Assembly: GCA_963663765.2 (NCBI GenBank)
Contig: CAXXUA010000013.1
Span: forward strand, 288,001 to 352,000
Reading direction: 5' to 3'
Length of the DNA stretch: 64,000 nt
Source: Candidatus Poribacteria bacterium
Lineage (GTDB): Bacteria; Poribacteria; WGA-4E; WGA-3G
Below the pieces are notes generated by a model, which saw only the letters and a list, made by a program, of their open reading frames with translations, ran no database searches and was not told where the DNA came from. This document shows positions 9,617 through 19,991 of this stretch, one piece after another (positions within the stretch are counted from its first letter, which is position 1; each line of letters begins with the position of its first letter). Position numbers and translations under genes: made by a program.

Positions 9617-10814
9617 CTATGCCTGCGGGGGTGTTAGCAGTGCAGCGAAATCTTCTGGTAATTGAATACCGATTTCCTATTCAAAATCTTCAACGTTTGC
9701 GTAGTCTCTACGAAACTCATTTGAAACAATATTTTCCTGTTGTTCTTTGGGAATTTTTAAGTCTTCTTTTGCCATTTGCCATTCTTGCTAGATTAAACAC
9801 ACTACACCACGATTGTAATGATATGATCCAGGATTTTGAGCGTTATCAGGTTCGCGTCTTATTGCTTCATTGTGTTACTCTATAGCACGTTCATATTCAC
9901 CTATTTTACGGTAAGCAATACCACGGTTGTTATAATATTCGTCAGCAGAATTAGGATTCAGTTCTATTGCTTTGGTAAAGTCTTGAATTGAAGTTTCATA
10001 ATCCTTCTTTTTATCACGGTAAACGACCCCGCGATGGTTATAGACACCTGCAAAATCAATTTTTCGTTCTATTGCTTTTGTAAAATTCTCGATAGCAAGG
10101 TTAAATTCCCCTTTTTTCTCGTAAATCATACCAAGATTGAAATAGGGATTAGGATTATCGGGTTTAATGTCTATCGCCTTGTTTTGGTCTTCAACCGCAC
10201 GCGTGTAATCTTCTTTCTCCATATATACGAGTCCACGATTGAGATAAGCACATACAAAATGGACTTGATTTCTATTGCTTTGGTGAAATCTTGAATTGCA
10301 AAGTCATATTTCTTTATTTTACTGTAACATTAGCTCAAATGTAATAGAGTTCAACATCGTTATGTTTGAGTTTAATCGCAGCGTTATAGTCCGTTATGGC
10401 AAAATCGTCCTGCTTATTTTCGGCATAAGCAACACCCCGATTTTTATAAGCTTGGATATAATCAGGTTTGAGTTTAATCGCATACGTATAGGCTTCTATT
10501 GCCTTGTCATATTGGTTTAACATAATCAAAACGTTACCCCGTTCAAATAACCATTTAGTCAATTCTGCATTTGGCACGTTTTCAGTAATTTATCCAACAA
10601 TTATTTGTATACCTTCAACAACATTCAGCCACCCTTTACTCTCAGGATTCCATTCGTTAATATCGTAAATTGGCTTGCCTTTATCGGGAAGAGCTTGGAA
10701 ATCACTAAGTTGATAATTTTGCTAATCACAGTGTTCTAAGGATAATTGGGATCACTCTTTTGTTTAGATTTAACGCAGCAGATAATTCATTATTGCAATT
10801 TTTAGATGCAAGAT
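9617..10814 (-). pseudogene. Degraded TIR-domain + TPR-repeat protein, 5' end removed at the IS5 boundary
   Basis: Fragments NLASKNCNNELSAALNLNKRVIPIIL / QLSDFQALPDKGKPI..W (TIR C-terminal half), TPR ORFs 10335-10577 and 9875-10222, tail GIQLPEDFAALLTPPQA*; several stops and frameshifts. Confidence 0.75.
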
Positions 10815-10816
10815 TA

Positions 10817-11681
10817 GGTAGTGTTTACATATTCTTATATTGTTATGAGAATTGATGCGAAATATACAAAACCGAGATACCGGTCTGCGTATTTATCATA
10901 ACGTGTTGCTACACGACGATACTGTTTTAATCGATGAAAGAAACGTTCTATTTTGTTTCGCCGTTTATATAACTCTTTGTCATAGGTGCGTATTTCAGTG
11001 CGATTTTTGCGCGGCGGTATTACAGCCGTCGCATTGTTGGAGACAATCTCCTCTATAAAAGCATCCGAATCGTAGGCTTTATCTCCTATCACATACTGAT
11101 AAGAATAACCTTTGATCAGCGCAGATGCTTGCGTAATATCATGGCATTGTCCTGCTGTCAAAGTAAACCTGAGAGGTATCCATTCATCGCTGAGAGATAG
11201 ATTTAGTTTCGTGGTAAATCCGCCTCGGCTCCGACCAAGTGCTTGTGTTTCTTGTCCTCCTTTTTTTTAGGTGCACCGGCTGAGCAGGAGTGGGCACGCA
11301 CTATCGTGCTATCAACGAGAATGGTAGAAATCTCACTCGCATCGTGAAAATGTTGGGGCATTGCTTGAAAAATACCCGATTCACACCATCTACCGAACCG
11401 ACGATAGATAGTGTTCCAGTATCCATAGACTTTAGGCAAAGCACGCCAGGAAGCTCCTTCTTTAGTCATCCAGACAAGTGCAGAGAGAAACCGTCTGCAG
11501 TCTTGTGGATCACCAATATAGACGTTGGGATACGCTCGGAGAAAAGGTAAAAGGCTTTTCCAAGCTGCGTCACTGATGGAATGCGGGAGTTCTTGGGATT
11601 TATCTGTTTTTTCGCTTTTCATATATACAAAATACTATAATATCTGTAAAATATCAATACAAATTAAATGTAAACACAACC
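10817..11681 (-). mobile_element. IS5-family insertion sequence (IS427/IS1031-like, split transposase)
   Basis: TIRs GGTAGTGTTTACAT / ATGTAAACACAACC, each flanked by TA; two-ORF DDE transposase. Confidence 0.9.
10835..11622 (-). CDS. IS5-family transposase, orfA+orfB joined by a -1 frameshift at the A8G run (11260-11268)
   Basis: orfA WRALPKVYGYWNTIYRRFGRW..DSTIVRAH..AGAPKK; orfB GDKAYDSD..RNKIERFFHRLKQYRRVATRYDK. Confidence 0.88.
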
Positions 11682-11861
11682 TAGTAACAATGAAAGCATG
11701 GCATCCAGGTCACGAAAAACAACAAGATGAAGCTCAAATTGAAGATAGAGAAGTACTCTCGTCTGATGATTTTGTTGACAATTAGATGACTTTACTGGAC
11801 GATGACTTGTGGAGTGCGGACAACAGTGCCACAGGTCATCGTTTATATGAGGTATTATGTT

Positions 11862-12890
11862 ATGAAAATAAAACGTAGACTCACGTTTTTGTCTGTGTTC
11901 ATGGGGCTTGCTATTTTCCTGTTTTATGCATTGAATATTGATGCCAAAATAGTATTTCAAGCGAGAATAGAACATACAGGAGATACACTTTCTCATATCT
12001 ATGCGATGGAAGATGACGGTAGTAATTTACGTAGAATAACGAGTCCACAACGCTATGATCGTGTCCCACGTTGGTTTCCTGATGGTAAACAGATAGTATT
12101 TGAAAGAGATTGGGGGTATGGGAAGCAAAACACAGGGGATACCAGGCATAGAGAATTTTTTATTATTGATGAAACAGGCATGAACGAACATAGCTTTATG
12201 GACAATCATCGTAAAGATACAGACCCTGTTCCCTCTCCTGATGGTCAATATATTCTTTTTGATAGTTATCGTGATAATAAATATCTGGATATTTATAGTT
12301 ACGATTTAGTCCGTAAAAAACTAAATCAACTGACACACAACAACACAATAGAAGATGGATTTACACAAAGGCCTACCTGGTCTCCTGACGGTAACAAGGT
12401 TGTATATCACAATGTAGGAGATACTATTTGGATAATGGATTCAGATGGAAGCAGAAAAGAACGTATTACGCCTTTTCATCAAGGGAATACATTCCTTAAT
12501 CGAGCGTATCAAAGTTGGTCGCCTTCTGGCAAATATATTATGTACTATGAATCAGAATTTGTAAATGAACCCTTAAAGGTCATAACAAATCATATTATTA
12601 TTCAGAATGTTTGGACAGACACACGTACCATACATAAATTTCCGGTAGAAGGGAGATTTACTGGGTTAGCATGGATGGGGAATGATAACTCTGTGCTGTT
12701 TGCATACAGAGAACAACGATCTGATTCACCACGTAATATTTATCGGTATGAACTAAATAGTCGTAAGATGACAAAACTTACCGATTTTCCATTAGGACAT
12801 GCTATATTTCCACATTGGGTTGAAGGCTCGCTTGCAGTATCACCACAAGATAAAATAACGACATGTTGGGGACATTTAATACAAAAGTAA
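11862..12890 (+). CDS. Exported TolB-like/PD40 beta-propeller protein with C-terminal KITTCW motif
   Basis: Signal peptide, repeats PRWFPDGKQIVF, PSPDGQYILF, PTWSPDGNKVVY, SWSPSGKYI; ends AVSPQDKITTCWGHLIQK. Confidence 0.85.
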   Translation: MKIKRRLTFLSVFMGLAIFLFYALNIDAKIVFQARIEHTGDTLSHIYAMEDDGSNLRRITSPQRYDRVPRWFPDGKQIVFERDWGYGKQNTGDTRHREFFIIDETGMNEHSFMDNHRKDTDPVPSPDGQYILFDSYRDNKYLDIYSYDLVRKKLNQLTHNNTIEDGFTQRPTWSPDGNKVVYHNVGDTIWIMDSDGSRKERITPFHQGNTFLNRAYQSWSPSGKYIMYYESEFVNEPLKVITNHIIIQNVWTDTRTIHKFPVEGRFTGLAWMGNDNSVLFAYREQRSDSPRNIYRYELNSRKMTKLTDFPLGHAIFPHWVEGSLAVSPQDKITTCWGHLIQK

Positions 12891-12926
12891 AATAACAAGC
12901 ATTTACCATAATGGACGCAATACCTT

Positions 12927-13286
12927 CAGGGTTATTCAGTTTTATAAACAGGACCTACGCAAAAACGGTAGGCGTGCTTTGTAAGCGCGCTGGAAACCCA
13001 TAAAAACGCTGATAATTGCATCATTTTCAACATAATTTTTGATTAAATCAAGAAAACTGCGTAAGTCCTGATAAATTGCAAGTCCATGAGTTTTACTAAT
13101 AGTTAGTTTTGATTGCATCAGTGCAACGTATTAGGCACACGTCGTGGGTTATCCGTGATCTAATCTAAAAACTGCACACGGCGCGTGCCTACTACCATGT
13201 CCGATTATTGATTATTATATAACCCACAATACATTCACATTTGTGATAAAATGGTTCAGGAAAAACCTAAAACTAAATACCCCTAC
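12927..13286. mobile_element. Degenerate MITE family B, containing a family A copy
   Basis: CAGGGTTATTCAGTTTT ... AAAACTAAATACCCCT, matching the ends of the 19621-19979 element and of similar length (~360 bp); no clear TSD. Confidence 0.6.
12949..13070. mobile_element. MITE family A copy 4
   Basis: TIRs CAGGACCTACGCA/TGCGTAAGTCCTG, TSD ATAAA. Confidence 0.9.
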
Positions 13287-13877
13287 TCACCAACGCATAG
13301 CGGCTTCGCGATATAACTGAATTTGTTCAATGTTGCGTGTTACTCTGCTTTGTAAAGATTTCCGCTTGCGATTTATGTCTTTTAGGACAATCGGTGCACG
13401 AAGCATATTTGCTAATGTTACAATACCTGATTCATAATAGACCCACATGCGTTGTTCGGTATAGGGATTGAGAACATAAGCAGAGTTTGGGTTTTCTGAT
13501 TGTGATACGATCTCTGCATAAGAGTCATATTTCGGATATGCTAATTCAATTGTTTTGTCATATCCTTCTAAAAACAACTGTTCAGGTGGTATTCTTGGTG
13601 TGTACCCGCTCATTTTACACTTAGTGAACTGTATGGGGGCAGAAGATTTATTTATTAGATGAAATGAAACAACGATAGCTATACGGTTATTGTCATCACG
13701 ATTTATGAACCACGAATCTTCCTGCATGATTTCTATTGTTAATCCGGGTATTTGCTTCCATCTGTGGTACACAATGGCTAACATAATAACGCAGACGAGA
13801 CCGAATATCACCCAATTTCCTGTAGGTGAAGCAAGGAAGCTTAGGAGTTGCTTAAATACCTGTTGTAGCACTTCCAC
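13287..13877 (-). CDS. Hypothetical protein with N-terminal membrane anchor
   Basis: 196-aa ORF overlapping the tsaC 3' end; one TM segment. Confidence 0.7.
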   Translation of the reverse strand: MEVLQQVFKQLLSFLASPTGNWVIFGLVCVIMLAIVYHRWKQIPGLTIEIMQEDSWFINRDDNNRIAIVVSFHLINKSSAPIQFTKCKMSGYTPRIPPEQLFLEGYDKTIELAYPKYDSYAEIVSQSENPNSAYVLNPYTEQRMWVYYESGIVTLANMLRAPIVLKDINRKRKSLQSRVTRNIEQIQLYREAAMRW

Positions 13878-14467
13878 TCCTTGTCAAGTGTTTCAGAAGG
13901 TATAACCCCCTCTCTGAGGACATTTGGAGGTGACACTGATAGGTCATAGACTGTTGATGGTATAGGACCAGGTGTTTCTCCATCATCTACAATGTAGTCT
14001 ATTCTTGAATACAAGATTTCACTGAATTCCTGTGGTGATGTTGCTGCAGGTTGTCCAGTGAGATTTGCACTTGTAATTGCTAAAGGAGCACCAAATTCGC
14101 GTATAATTTGCATTAATAACGGTTGATTTGGAATCCGTAATCCGACAGTAGTACCCTCCGCAGTCAATTGCGGCAGTAAGTTCTTTGCTTCCACAATGAT
14201 TGTGAGTCCGCCGGGCCAAAACCTTTCTGTGAGATGATAAAAGTATTCTGGTATGTTCTGAGCAACTTGATTGACATCTTCAATTGAACCAAGGACTAAA
14301 GGTATAGGTTTCTCTTCTGGTCTGCCTTTTATGGTATATAGTTTTTGAACAGCATTTGCATTAAATGGGTCAACCCCTATACCATAGACTGTGTCTGTGG
14401 GAATAGCGATAATTCCACCAGACTTTAGATAATCCACAGATGCTATAACACGAGTATCAGTTTCCAC
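13841..14467 (-). CDS. tsaC: L-threonylcarbamoyladenylate synthase (YrdC/Sua5)
   Basis: PTDTVYGI, KGRPEEKP, FWPGGLTII, TSANLTG. Confidence 0.95.
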   Translation of the reverse strand: METDTRVIASVDYLKSGGIIAIPTDTVYGIGVDPFNANAVQKLYTIKGRPEEKPIPLVLGSIEDVNQVAQNIPEYFYHLTERFWPGGLTIIVEAKNLLPQLTAEGTTVGLRIPNQPLLMQIIREFGAPLAITSANLTGQPAATSPQEFSEILYSRIDYIVDDGETPGPIPSTVYDLSVSPPNVLREGVIPSETLDKEWKCYNRYLSNS

Positions 14468-14481
14468 TAATTATTCCTTTG

Positions 14482-15504
14482 TTATACATCTACAATTGAT
14501 CCATTAGCTGCAGCATTGAGGGATAGTTCATCTCTCAATCCTTGCTGATATTTCTCAAAAGCGATTCCTGCGATCATCGCCCCGTTATCTGTACATAAGT
14601 TTATAGGTGGATAGTAGACCTCAGCTCCAATTTCTCGTGCAGCAGATTTTAAAGAGATTCGTAATTGGCTATTCGCAGCAACACCCCCTGTCAAGGTTAT
14701 GGTTTTGCATCCAGAAGTTTTCGCCGCATGTACCGTTTTTGACACAAGTACATCTACGACGGCTGCTTGAAAACTTGCAGCAATATCCTCAATTGTTATT
14801 TCACCCGCTTCAATGATTCCATCACGATCGGCTTTTTCAACATAATATCGGACAGATGTTTTGACACCACTAAAGCTGAATTGGTAATCTCCGCTCTGTA
14901 TCATCGGACGTGGAAAGTCTATTGCGGTTGGATCTCCTTTTTGTGCAAGTTCGTCAATTATTTTACCCCCAGGAAAACCGAGTCCCATATATTTTGCGAC
15001 TTTATCATAAACTTCTCCAGCAGCATCATCCTGTGTTGTTCCTAACACCTTGTATTCCCATCCTTCGTGAACTTCTACGAGCAATGTATGTCCACCTGAG
15101 ACTGTTAAGCATATATGAGGAAATGACAAGTTGTCATGCACCATATAATTAGCATAGATGTGTCCTTCTATATGATTTATACCAAGTAAAGGAAGGTTAA
15201 AGGCATAAGCAAGGCTTTTCGCTGCAGCAACACCGACAAGCAACGCCCCAATTAATCCAGGACGATTTGTAACCGCAATGGCATCTAAGTCATTGAAAGT
15301 CACTTCTGCTTCATTCAGTGCTTTGTTGACTATAAAGTTGATGGCTTCGATGTGTTTGCGCGATGCTATTTCTGGAACAACACCACCATATTCTTGATGT
15401 GCTTTTACCTGTGAAGCGACAATATTTGATAACACTTCCCGTCCATTACGAACGATTGCTGCAGCCGTTTCGTCACAGGATGTATCAATTCCAAGTATTT
15501 TCAC
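14482..15504 (-). CDS. tsaD: tRNA N6-adenosine threonylcarbamoyltransferase
   Basis: KILGIDTSCDETAAA, GGVVPEIASRKH, NHIEGH, VSGGHT, DDAAGE, CTDNGAMIA; GTG start at 15504 preferred. Confidence 0.97.
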   Translation of the reverse strand: MKILGIDTSCDETAAAIVRNGREVLSNIVASQVKAHQEYGGVVPEIASRKHIEAINFIVNKALNEAEVTFNDLDAIAVTNRPGLIGALLVGVAAAKSLAYAFNLPLLGINHIEGHIYANYMVHDNLSFPHICLTVSGGHTLLVEVHEGWEYKVLGTTQDDAAGEVYDKVAKYMGLGFPGGKIIDELAQKGDPTAIDFPRPMIQSGDYQFSFSGVKTSVRYYVEKADRDGIIEAGEITIEDIAASFQAAVVDVLVSKTVHAAKTSGCKTITLTGGVAANSQLRISLKSAAREIGAEVYYPPINLCTDNGAMIAGIAFEKYQQGLRDELSLNAAANGSIVDV

Positions 15505-15667
15505 AAATCTATCTTTTTCTTTCAATCTCACTGATAAGGTGATTGAGTGCGGATTAATAACGATAACACCTGAGAACAAAAAACACCAAAATAAGGACTT
15601 TTACACTCTAACCCAATATCAATAGCAGTAATGCTATAGGTCAAGTAGACCGTTGGCGAAACCCATA

Positions 15668-15803
15668 GGTGTCAACTTAAGGAATTTGACCTCTTGTGGG
15701 AGGGGTTTTCAACCCCGATTTGAGTGGAAATGCACTAAAAAATCGGGGTTGAAAACCCCTCCCACAAGAGAAAATGCAAACAATATTTTCTTAAGTTGAC
15801 ACC
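15668..15803. mobile_element. MITE family E (TIR GGTGTCAACTTAAG, TA target) with internal REP-like doublet
   Basis: TA|GGTGTCAACTTAAG...CTTAAGTTGACACC|TA; inverted pair CTCTTGTGGGAGGGGTTTTCAACCCCGATTT; near-identical copy at 58097-58231. Confidence 0.85.
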
Positions 15804-15831
15804 TATGGGTAGACCGTTAGCGAAACCCATA

Positions 15832-15965
15832 AACGTCAATTTAAGAAAAACTGTTGGTGTATCTCTTGTGGGAGGGGTTTTCAACCCCGAATTCACAAAA
15901 GGAATAGTACATAATCGGCGTTGAAAACCACACCCACAAGAGGTCAAAACTCTTAAATTGACGCT
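15832..15965. mobile_element. MITE family E, diverged inverted copy
   Basis: Ends AACGTCAATTTAAG / CTTAAATTGACGCT with TA flanks; same internal GTGGGAGGGGTTTTCAACCCCGA pair. Confidence 0.75.
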
Positions 15966-16083
15966 TATAGGTTACTCTTAGACTCTACCCAACCTACGGC
16001 ATAAACTTTTAGTAACACTCATCAAAGACCGGGTAAATCTGCGTCAGTCCTATAGAAGTACCATTAGCGATTTACCTCATTTG

Positions 16084-18033
16084 TTAACTTTCGTGAGTTT
16101 CGCGTCTTTCTTTAATCATACCGTATAAGACACAACCACCCATTCCTAATAGCACAATTGCAAAGGGAAATCCTGTTGCAAGTGAAGCAGCTTGTAACGC
16201 CTTTAAACCTCCTCCCAATAACAGCGCGATAGCAACCAATCCTTCAACAGTACACCAGAACACACGTTGTGGGACCGGTGCGTCAACCTTGCCACCTGCT
16301 GCAATGATGTCAATAATCAGAGAACCGGAGTCGGATGAAGTAACGAAAAAGATTATTGTCAACAGCATTGCCGCACAAGAGAGAAACAATGCCCACGGTA
16401 GTTCACCTAACATTTCGAACAGAGCGATTGGGTAATTATATTTCTCAACTTGTTCGGTTACTCCCGTGAAGTTACTAGTGAGGAATTGGTGGATAGCTGT
16501 GCCACCAAAGGCACTAAACCAGAGTAGACACAATAACGTCGGCAAAAGAAGCACGAAGATTACAAATTCGCGAACCGTCCGTCCCTTTGAAATTCGTGCA
16601 ATGAACGTACCGATGAATGGTGCCCAGGCAATCCACCATGCCCAATAGAATGTCGTCCAATCATGAAAGAAGCCAGTGTCCTCGCGTCCGACCCAGTTGC
16701 TGAGCGGTACAATATTCATCACATAGGACCCAACTCCAGCGAACATACTTTGGAAAATGTAACGTGTTGGACCAAGAACAAAAATAGCCAAGAGTAACAA
16801 AAACGCAAGAATAATGTTGAACTGGCTAAGACGTTTGATACCCACGTTAATACCTGTCATCACTGATATGAGTGCAATGCAGGTAATCCCTACAATCAGC
16901 AGGATCATTGTCAAGTTGTTTGCTGGTATCCCAAACAGATGGTCAAGACCGGTAGTTACCTGTTGCACACCTAAACCGAGTGAGGTAGCAAGACCAAAAA
17001 TACCTGCAAAAATAGCAAATGTATCAATGATGTGTCCAGTCCAACCCCATATTCTATCACCAAATATAGGGTAAAACGCGGATCGGATGAGGAGTGGAAG
17101 CCCGCGGTTATAGGCGAAAAAAGCAAGAGCGAGTCCAACGACACCGTAAATCGCCCATCCTTGTAGTCCCCAGTGAAAAACTGTTGTTGCTATTCCCAAG
17201 GAGGCTGCAGCTTGAACTTTGGTATCTATTATGTTAGGGACATCTTTAACACTGTAATCTGCCTCTGCGTCATAATTGGGATCTCCGATGTTAGGGACAT
17301 CTTCAACATTATAAATTGCATTTGCATCATAAATCGTATCTGCCCCCAACGGGGAATAGTAACCCCCTTGAAAATAGGTGACCGGTTCTGACACACCAAA
17401 GAATAGAAGCCCGATTCCCACGCCTGCAGCAAAAAGCATGGCAAGCCATGTTAAGTAGGAATACTCAGGTTTTGCATCTGCGCCACCTAACCGAATCTTA
17501 CCAAGAGGAGAAAGTGCAACAACCAGACAAAAGAGAAATACAAGATTGGTAGTGATCATGAATAACCAGTCGAGATTATTGGTAAGCCATTTCCGGAGAC
17601 CATTAAAAAGTACTGGTACCTTTGACTTAATTTTCTCATCCATAAGAGTAAATTTACCATCTTGAAGTATTTCTTCACGTATATCCTGAAGTTCATCTTC
17701 CTTAAGTATTCCCTCAAAATCATCTTTAGGACGTATTTTCAGTATTTTCAATAGATCATCATCTCGAAGTTCTTCCTGAAGTTTGACCTGAAGCTCACTT
17801 TCCTGAAGTTCACCTTCCTGTAGTATATTCTGATGTATTTCCTGAAGTTTATCTTGGAGCTTACCTTCCTGAAGATTGATATAGAATAGAGTGCCAACGA
17901 TAAATGCAACGATAGTGATACTGGAAATTATGAATACAGGAGTCAAGTAAATCTCTAAACCGAATAGTTTCCTGTACTTGCCTTCATCTACTTGATGCGG
18001 CATCTGATGGGATTGTTTTCCTTCTTCGTTCAT
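16084..18033 (-). CDS. BCCT family (betaine/choline/carnitine) transporter with two repetitive insertions
   Basis: WLAMLFAAGVGIGL, FHWGLQGWAIY, WTTFYWAWWIAWAPFIGTFIARISKGRT, FFVTSSDSGS. Confidence 0.95.
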   Translation of the reverse strand: MNEEGKQSHQMPHQVDEGKYRKLFGLEIYLTPVFIISSITIVAFIVGTLFYINLQEGKLQDKLQEIHQNILQEGELQESELQVKLQEELRDDDLLKILKIRPKDDFEGILKEDELQDIREEILQDGKFTLMDEKIKSKVPVLFNGLRKWLTNNLDWLFMITTNLVFLFCLVVALSPLGKIRLGGADAKPEYSYLTWLAMLFAAGVGIGLLFFGVSEPVTYFQGGYYSPLGADTIYDANAIYNVEDVPNIGDPNYDAEADYSVKDVPNIIDTKVQAAASLGIATTVFHWGLQGWAIYGVVGLALAFFAYNRGLPLLIRSAFYPIFGDRIWGWTGHIIDTFAIFAGIFGLATSLGLGVQQVTTGLDHLFGIPANNLTMILLIVGITCIALISVMTGINVGIKRLSQFNIILAFLLLLAIFVLGPTRYIFQSMFAGVGSYVMNIVPLSNWVGREDTGFFHDWTTFYWAWWIAWAPFIGTFIARISKGRTVREFVIFVLLLPTLLCLLWFSAFGGTAIHQFLTSNFTGVTEQVEKYNYPIALFEMLGELPWALFLSCAAMLLTIIFFVTSSDSGSLIIDIIAAGGKVDAPVPQRVFWCTVEGLVAIALLLGGGLKALQAASLATGFPFAIVLLGMGGCVLYGMIKERRETHES

Positions 18034-18099
18034 TTCAATATTCTCCTTATAGAGGTAGGCACGCTAAAAGCATGACTACCTTAGGATAGTGTGAACTGA

Positions 18100-19371
18100 T
18101 TAGAAATAGTACCCGAAGTTAAGGTTTAGTCTCCAATTCTGCTTTTTCTCATCGGTATCTTCGTTTGCAGCAAGATCACCAGCCCCATCGTTCCCAACAA
18201 AGGGATTGCCATCAGAAAGTGCAAAATCACTATAGACATATAGTGCACCGTAGAGCGTCCAACTTGCTCCGATTGTTACAAGAGTGCTTGGGTTATATTC
18301 CTCTACTGTTTTAATGATAGAGCTCCATTCCACATAAGGTGTGACACTGTCAAGCCATGAGATACCTGTTGTATCTATACCGTTGTACCGCAGCGAAATA
18401 GCGGGTATTATTCCGTTTGAAGCAACGGGGGATGCGTAATCGTAAGCTCCCATGAGAATCTGGTCTCCCGTACCCCATGGCGTTTCGTCAGCGATATTAT
18501 GGGCGTAATAGGAGAACTGTGAAAAGAGAGTAAAGTTGGCATACGAGTTTTTCATGTGCGCGGAAACAGCATACTGACTTCCGTTCTCATCGTCCCCTAC
18601 ATTTGTTGCTTTGAGTAACCCGTATTGAAGCGATACACCTACGTCTGCTATGTTCTCAACTGCATAGATTGCACGAAGGTTAAATTGATGTTGCTCATCA
18701 TATCCGTGCTCAACGTCCTCAACTTTACGTTTTACAACGTCATAAGCGTATCGAGAACTGTTGAGGCTGGAGCCGTCGGTTTGGAATTCGCTCTGTAAAT
18801 AGTAAGCGACATCATAAGTCAAATTATTAAGAGAACCACTCCAGTTTATACCCAAATCAGGATCATCTGATAGTCCGACATAAAAATGCTGGTCAAAAAA
18901 CCAGCTAGAAGAAACGCCGTAAGGTCCTGGACCAAAAGGTGCACGTACAATACCTGCTTTAAGTGTTCCCAAATCTTCGAAATTATATCCTAACCATGCA
19001 GTGTGTATCATACTGTAACCACTTGAAGCTCCAAACCACCTTGGATACCAACGGTACTCCAGTCTACCAATGATGTTATGAAAGTCAAGGTCGGCATTAA
19101 CACGGAGAATCTCAAGATCGACGTCGCCATTATCATCCCCTCTGCCATCTGTGTAAGTTCCGTATACGTAATTTGCCCGCATTGCCCCACCGATTTTTAT
19201 AGGACTTTTCTTAGGTTCTACGGTTTCAGTTGCTTCTGCGGTTTCTTCGGTGGTATCAGCGATTGCGAATGAAGTGAAAATTAGCAATAAGGCTACACCA
19301 AGACTGAAGAAATATCGATACTTCCTATTCATCATAAAAAAGCGGTTTATAATACCTATATGTAAATTCAC
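18100..19371 (-). CDS. Outer-membrane beta-barrel/porin-like protein upstream of the BCCT gene
   Basis: AAGGAGG RBS before GTG 19371, signal peptide, IGGAMRANY, terminal beta-signal RLNLNFGYYF. Confidence 0.75.
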   Translation of the reverse strand: MNLHIGIINRFFMMNRKYRYFFSLGVALLLIFTSFAIADTTEETAEATETVEPKKSPIKIGGAMRANYVYGTYTDGRGDDNGDVDLEILRVNADLDFHNIIGRLEYRWYPRWFGASSGYSMIHTAWLGYNFEDLGTLKAGIVRAPFGPGPYGVSSSWFFDQHFYVGLSDDPDLGINWSGSLNNLTYDVAYYLQSEFQTDGSSLNSSRYAYDVVKRKVEDVEHGYDEQHQFNLRAIYAVENIADVGVSLQYGLLKATNVGDDENGSQYAVSAHMKNSYANFTLFSQFSYYAHNIADETPWGTGDQILMGAYDYASPVASNGIIPAISLRYNGIDTTGISWLDSVTPYVEWSSIIKTVEEYNPSTLVTIGASWTLYGALYVYSDFALSDGNPFVGNDGAGDLAANEDTDEKKQNWRLNLNFGYYF

Positions 19372-19620
19372 CAGCTTCCTCCTTATGTAAATAATACTTT
19401 CTAAGAGGGTTTTCACTATATGACGTTGCAGATGTGACGATCCCCCTCAACCGCGCACTACCACAATTAATTTTCATATTATACCATAAACATGAAAAAA
19501 GTTAAATAAAAAACTCTCCCACGGATGTGTAAAGTTTTTGTCACAAGAATGTACTGAATACAGATCTTGCTTAGTATTAGGTAAAATGGTATCCTTCTAA
19601 CAATACCTTCGCCAATAATA

Positions 19621-19979
19621 CAGGGTTATTTAGTTTTAAGAGTTTTCTGTTATTGAGATTTACTGAAAGTTAATACCCAGGTTCGGTTTCCTAACCGAAC
19701 TTTCTGCATCAGTTTTAGATTATTGAAAAATGAACATCGCTCTTTAGTCCCGTAGGGACGATATGTTTATAGAAAACGAATACCATCCACAGTTCTTTAG
19801 TCCCGTAGGGACGATATGTTTATTCTTCTATGTCGTTCCTACGGAACTCAATTGGGGTGGAAAACATTTTCTATAAACATATCGTCCCTACGGGACTAAA
19901 GAACTGGACAAGATGGTACCCCATAAAATTAACGACATAGCAAAATAATATCAAAAATATTGAAAACTAAAAAACCCTG
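19621..19979. mobile_element. MITE family B (TIR CAGGGTTATTTAGTTTT)
   Basis: TIRs CAGGGTTATTTAGTTTT / AAAACTAAAAAACCCTG; perfect 10-bp TSD GCCAATAATA. Confidence 0.9.
19741..19902. repeat. REP-like cluster family C (GTCCCGTAGGGAC core)
   Basis: Perfect 36-bp outer inverted repeat TCTTTAGTCCCGTAGGGACGATATGTTTATAGAAAA plus an inner pair; related units at ~21596-21670, 41194-41218, 41479-41506 and 57839-57991. Confidence 0.85.
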
Positions 19980-19991
19980 GCCAATAATAGA

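Noticed and set aside
11260-11268. IS5 transposase as a frameshifted pseudogene
   Set aside because: An A-run frameshift at this position is the normal two-ORF organisation of this IS5 subgroup.
15735-15947. Short ORFs here and at 42005-42277, 42325-42546 and 58045-58227
   Set aside because: They are translations of MITE/REP repeats with no RBS or protein-like features.
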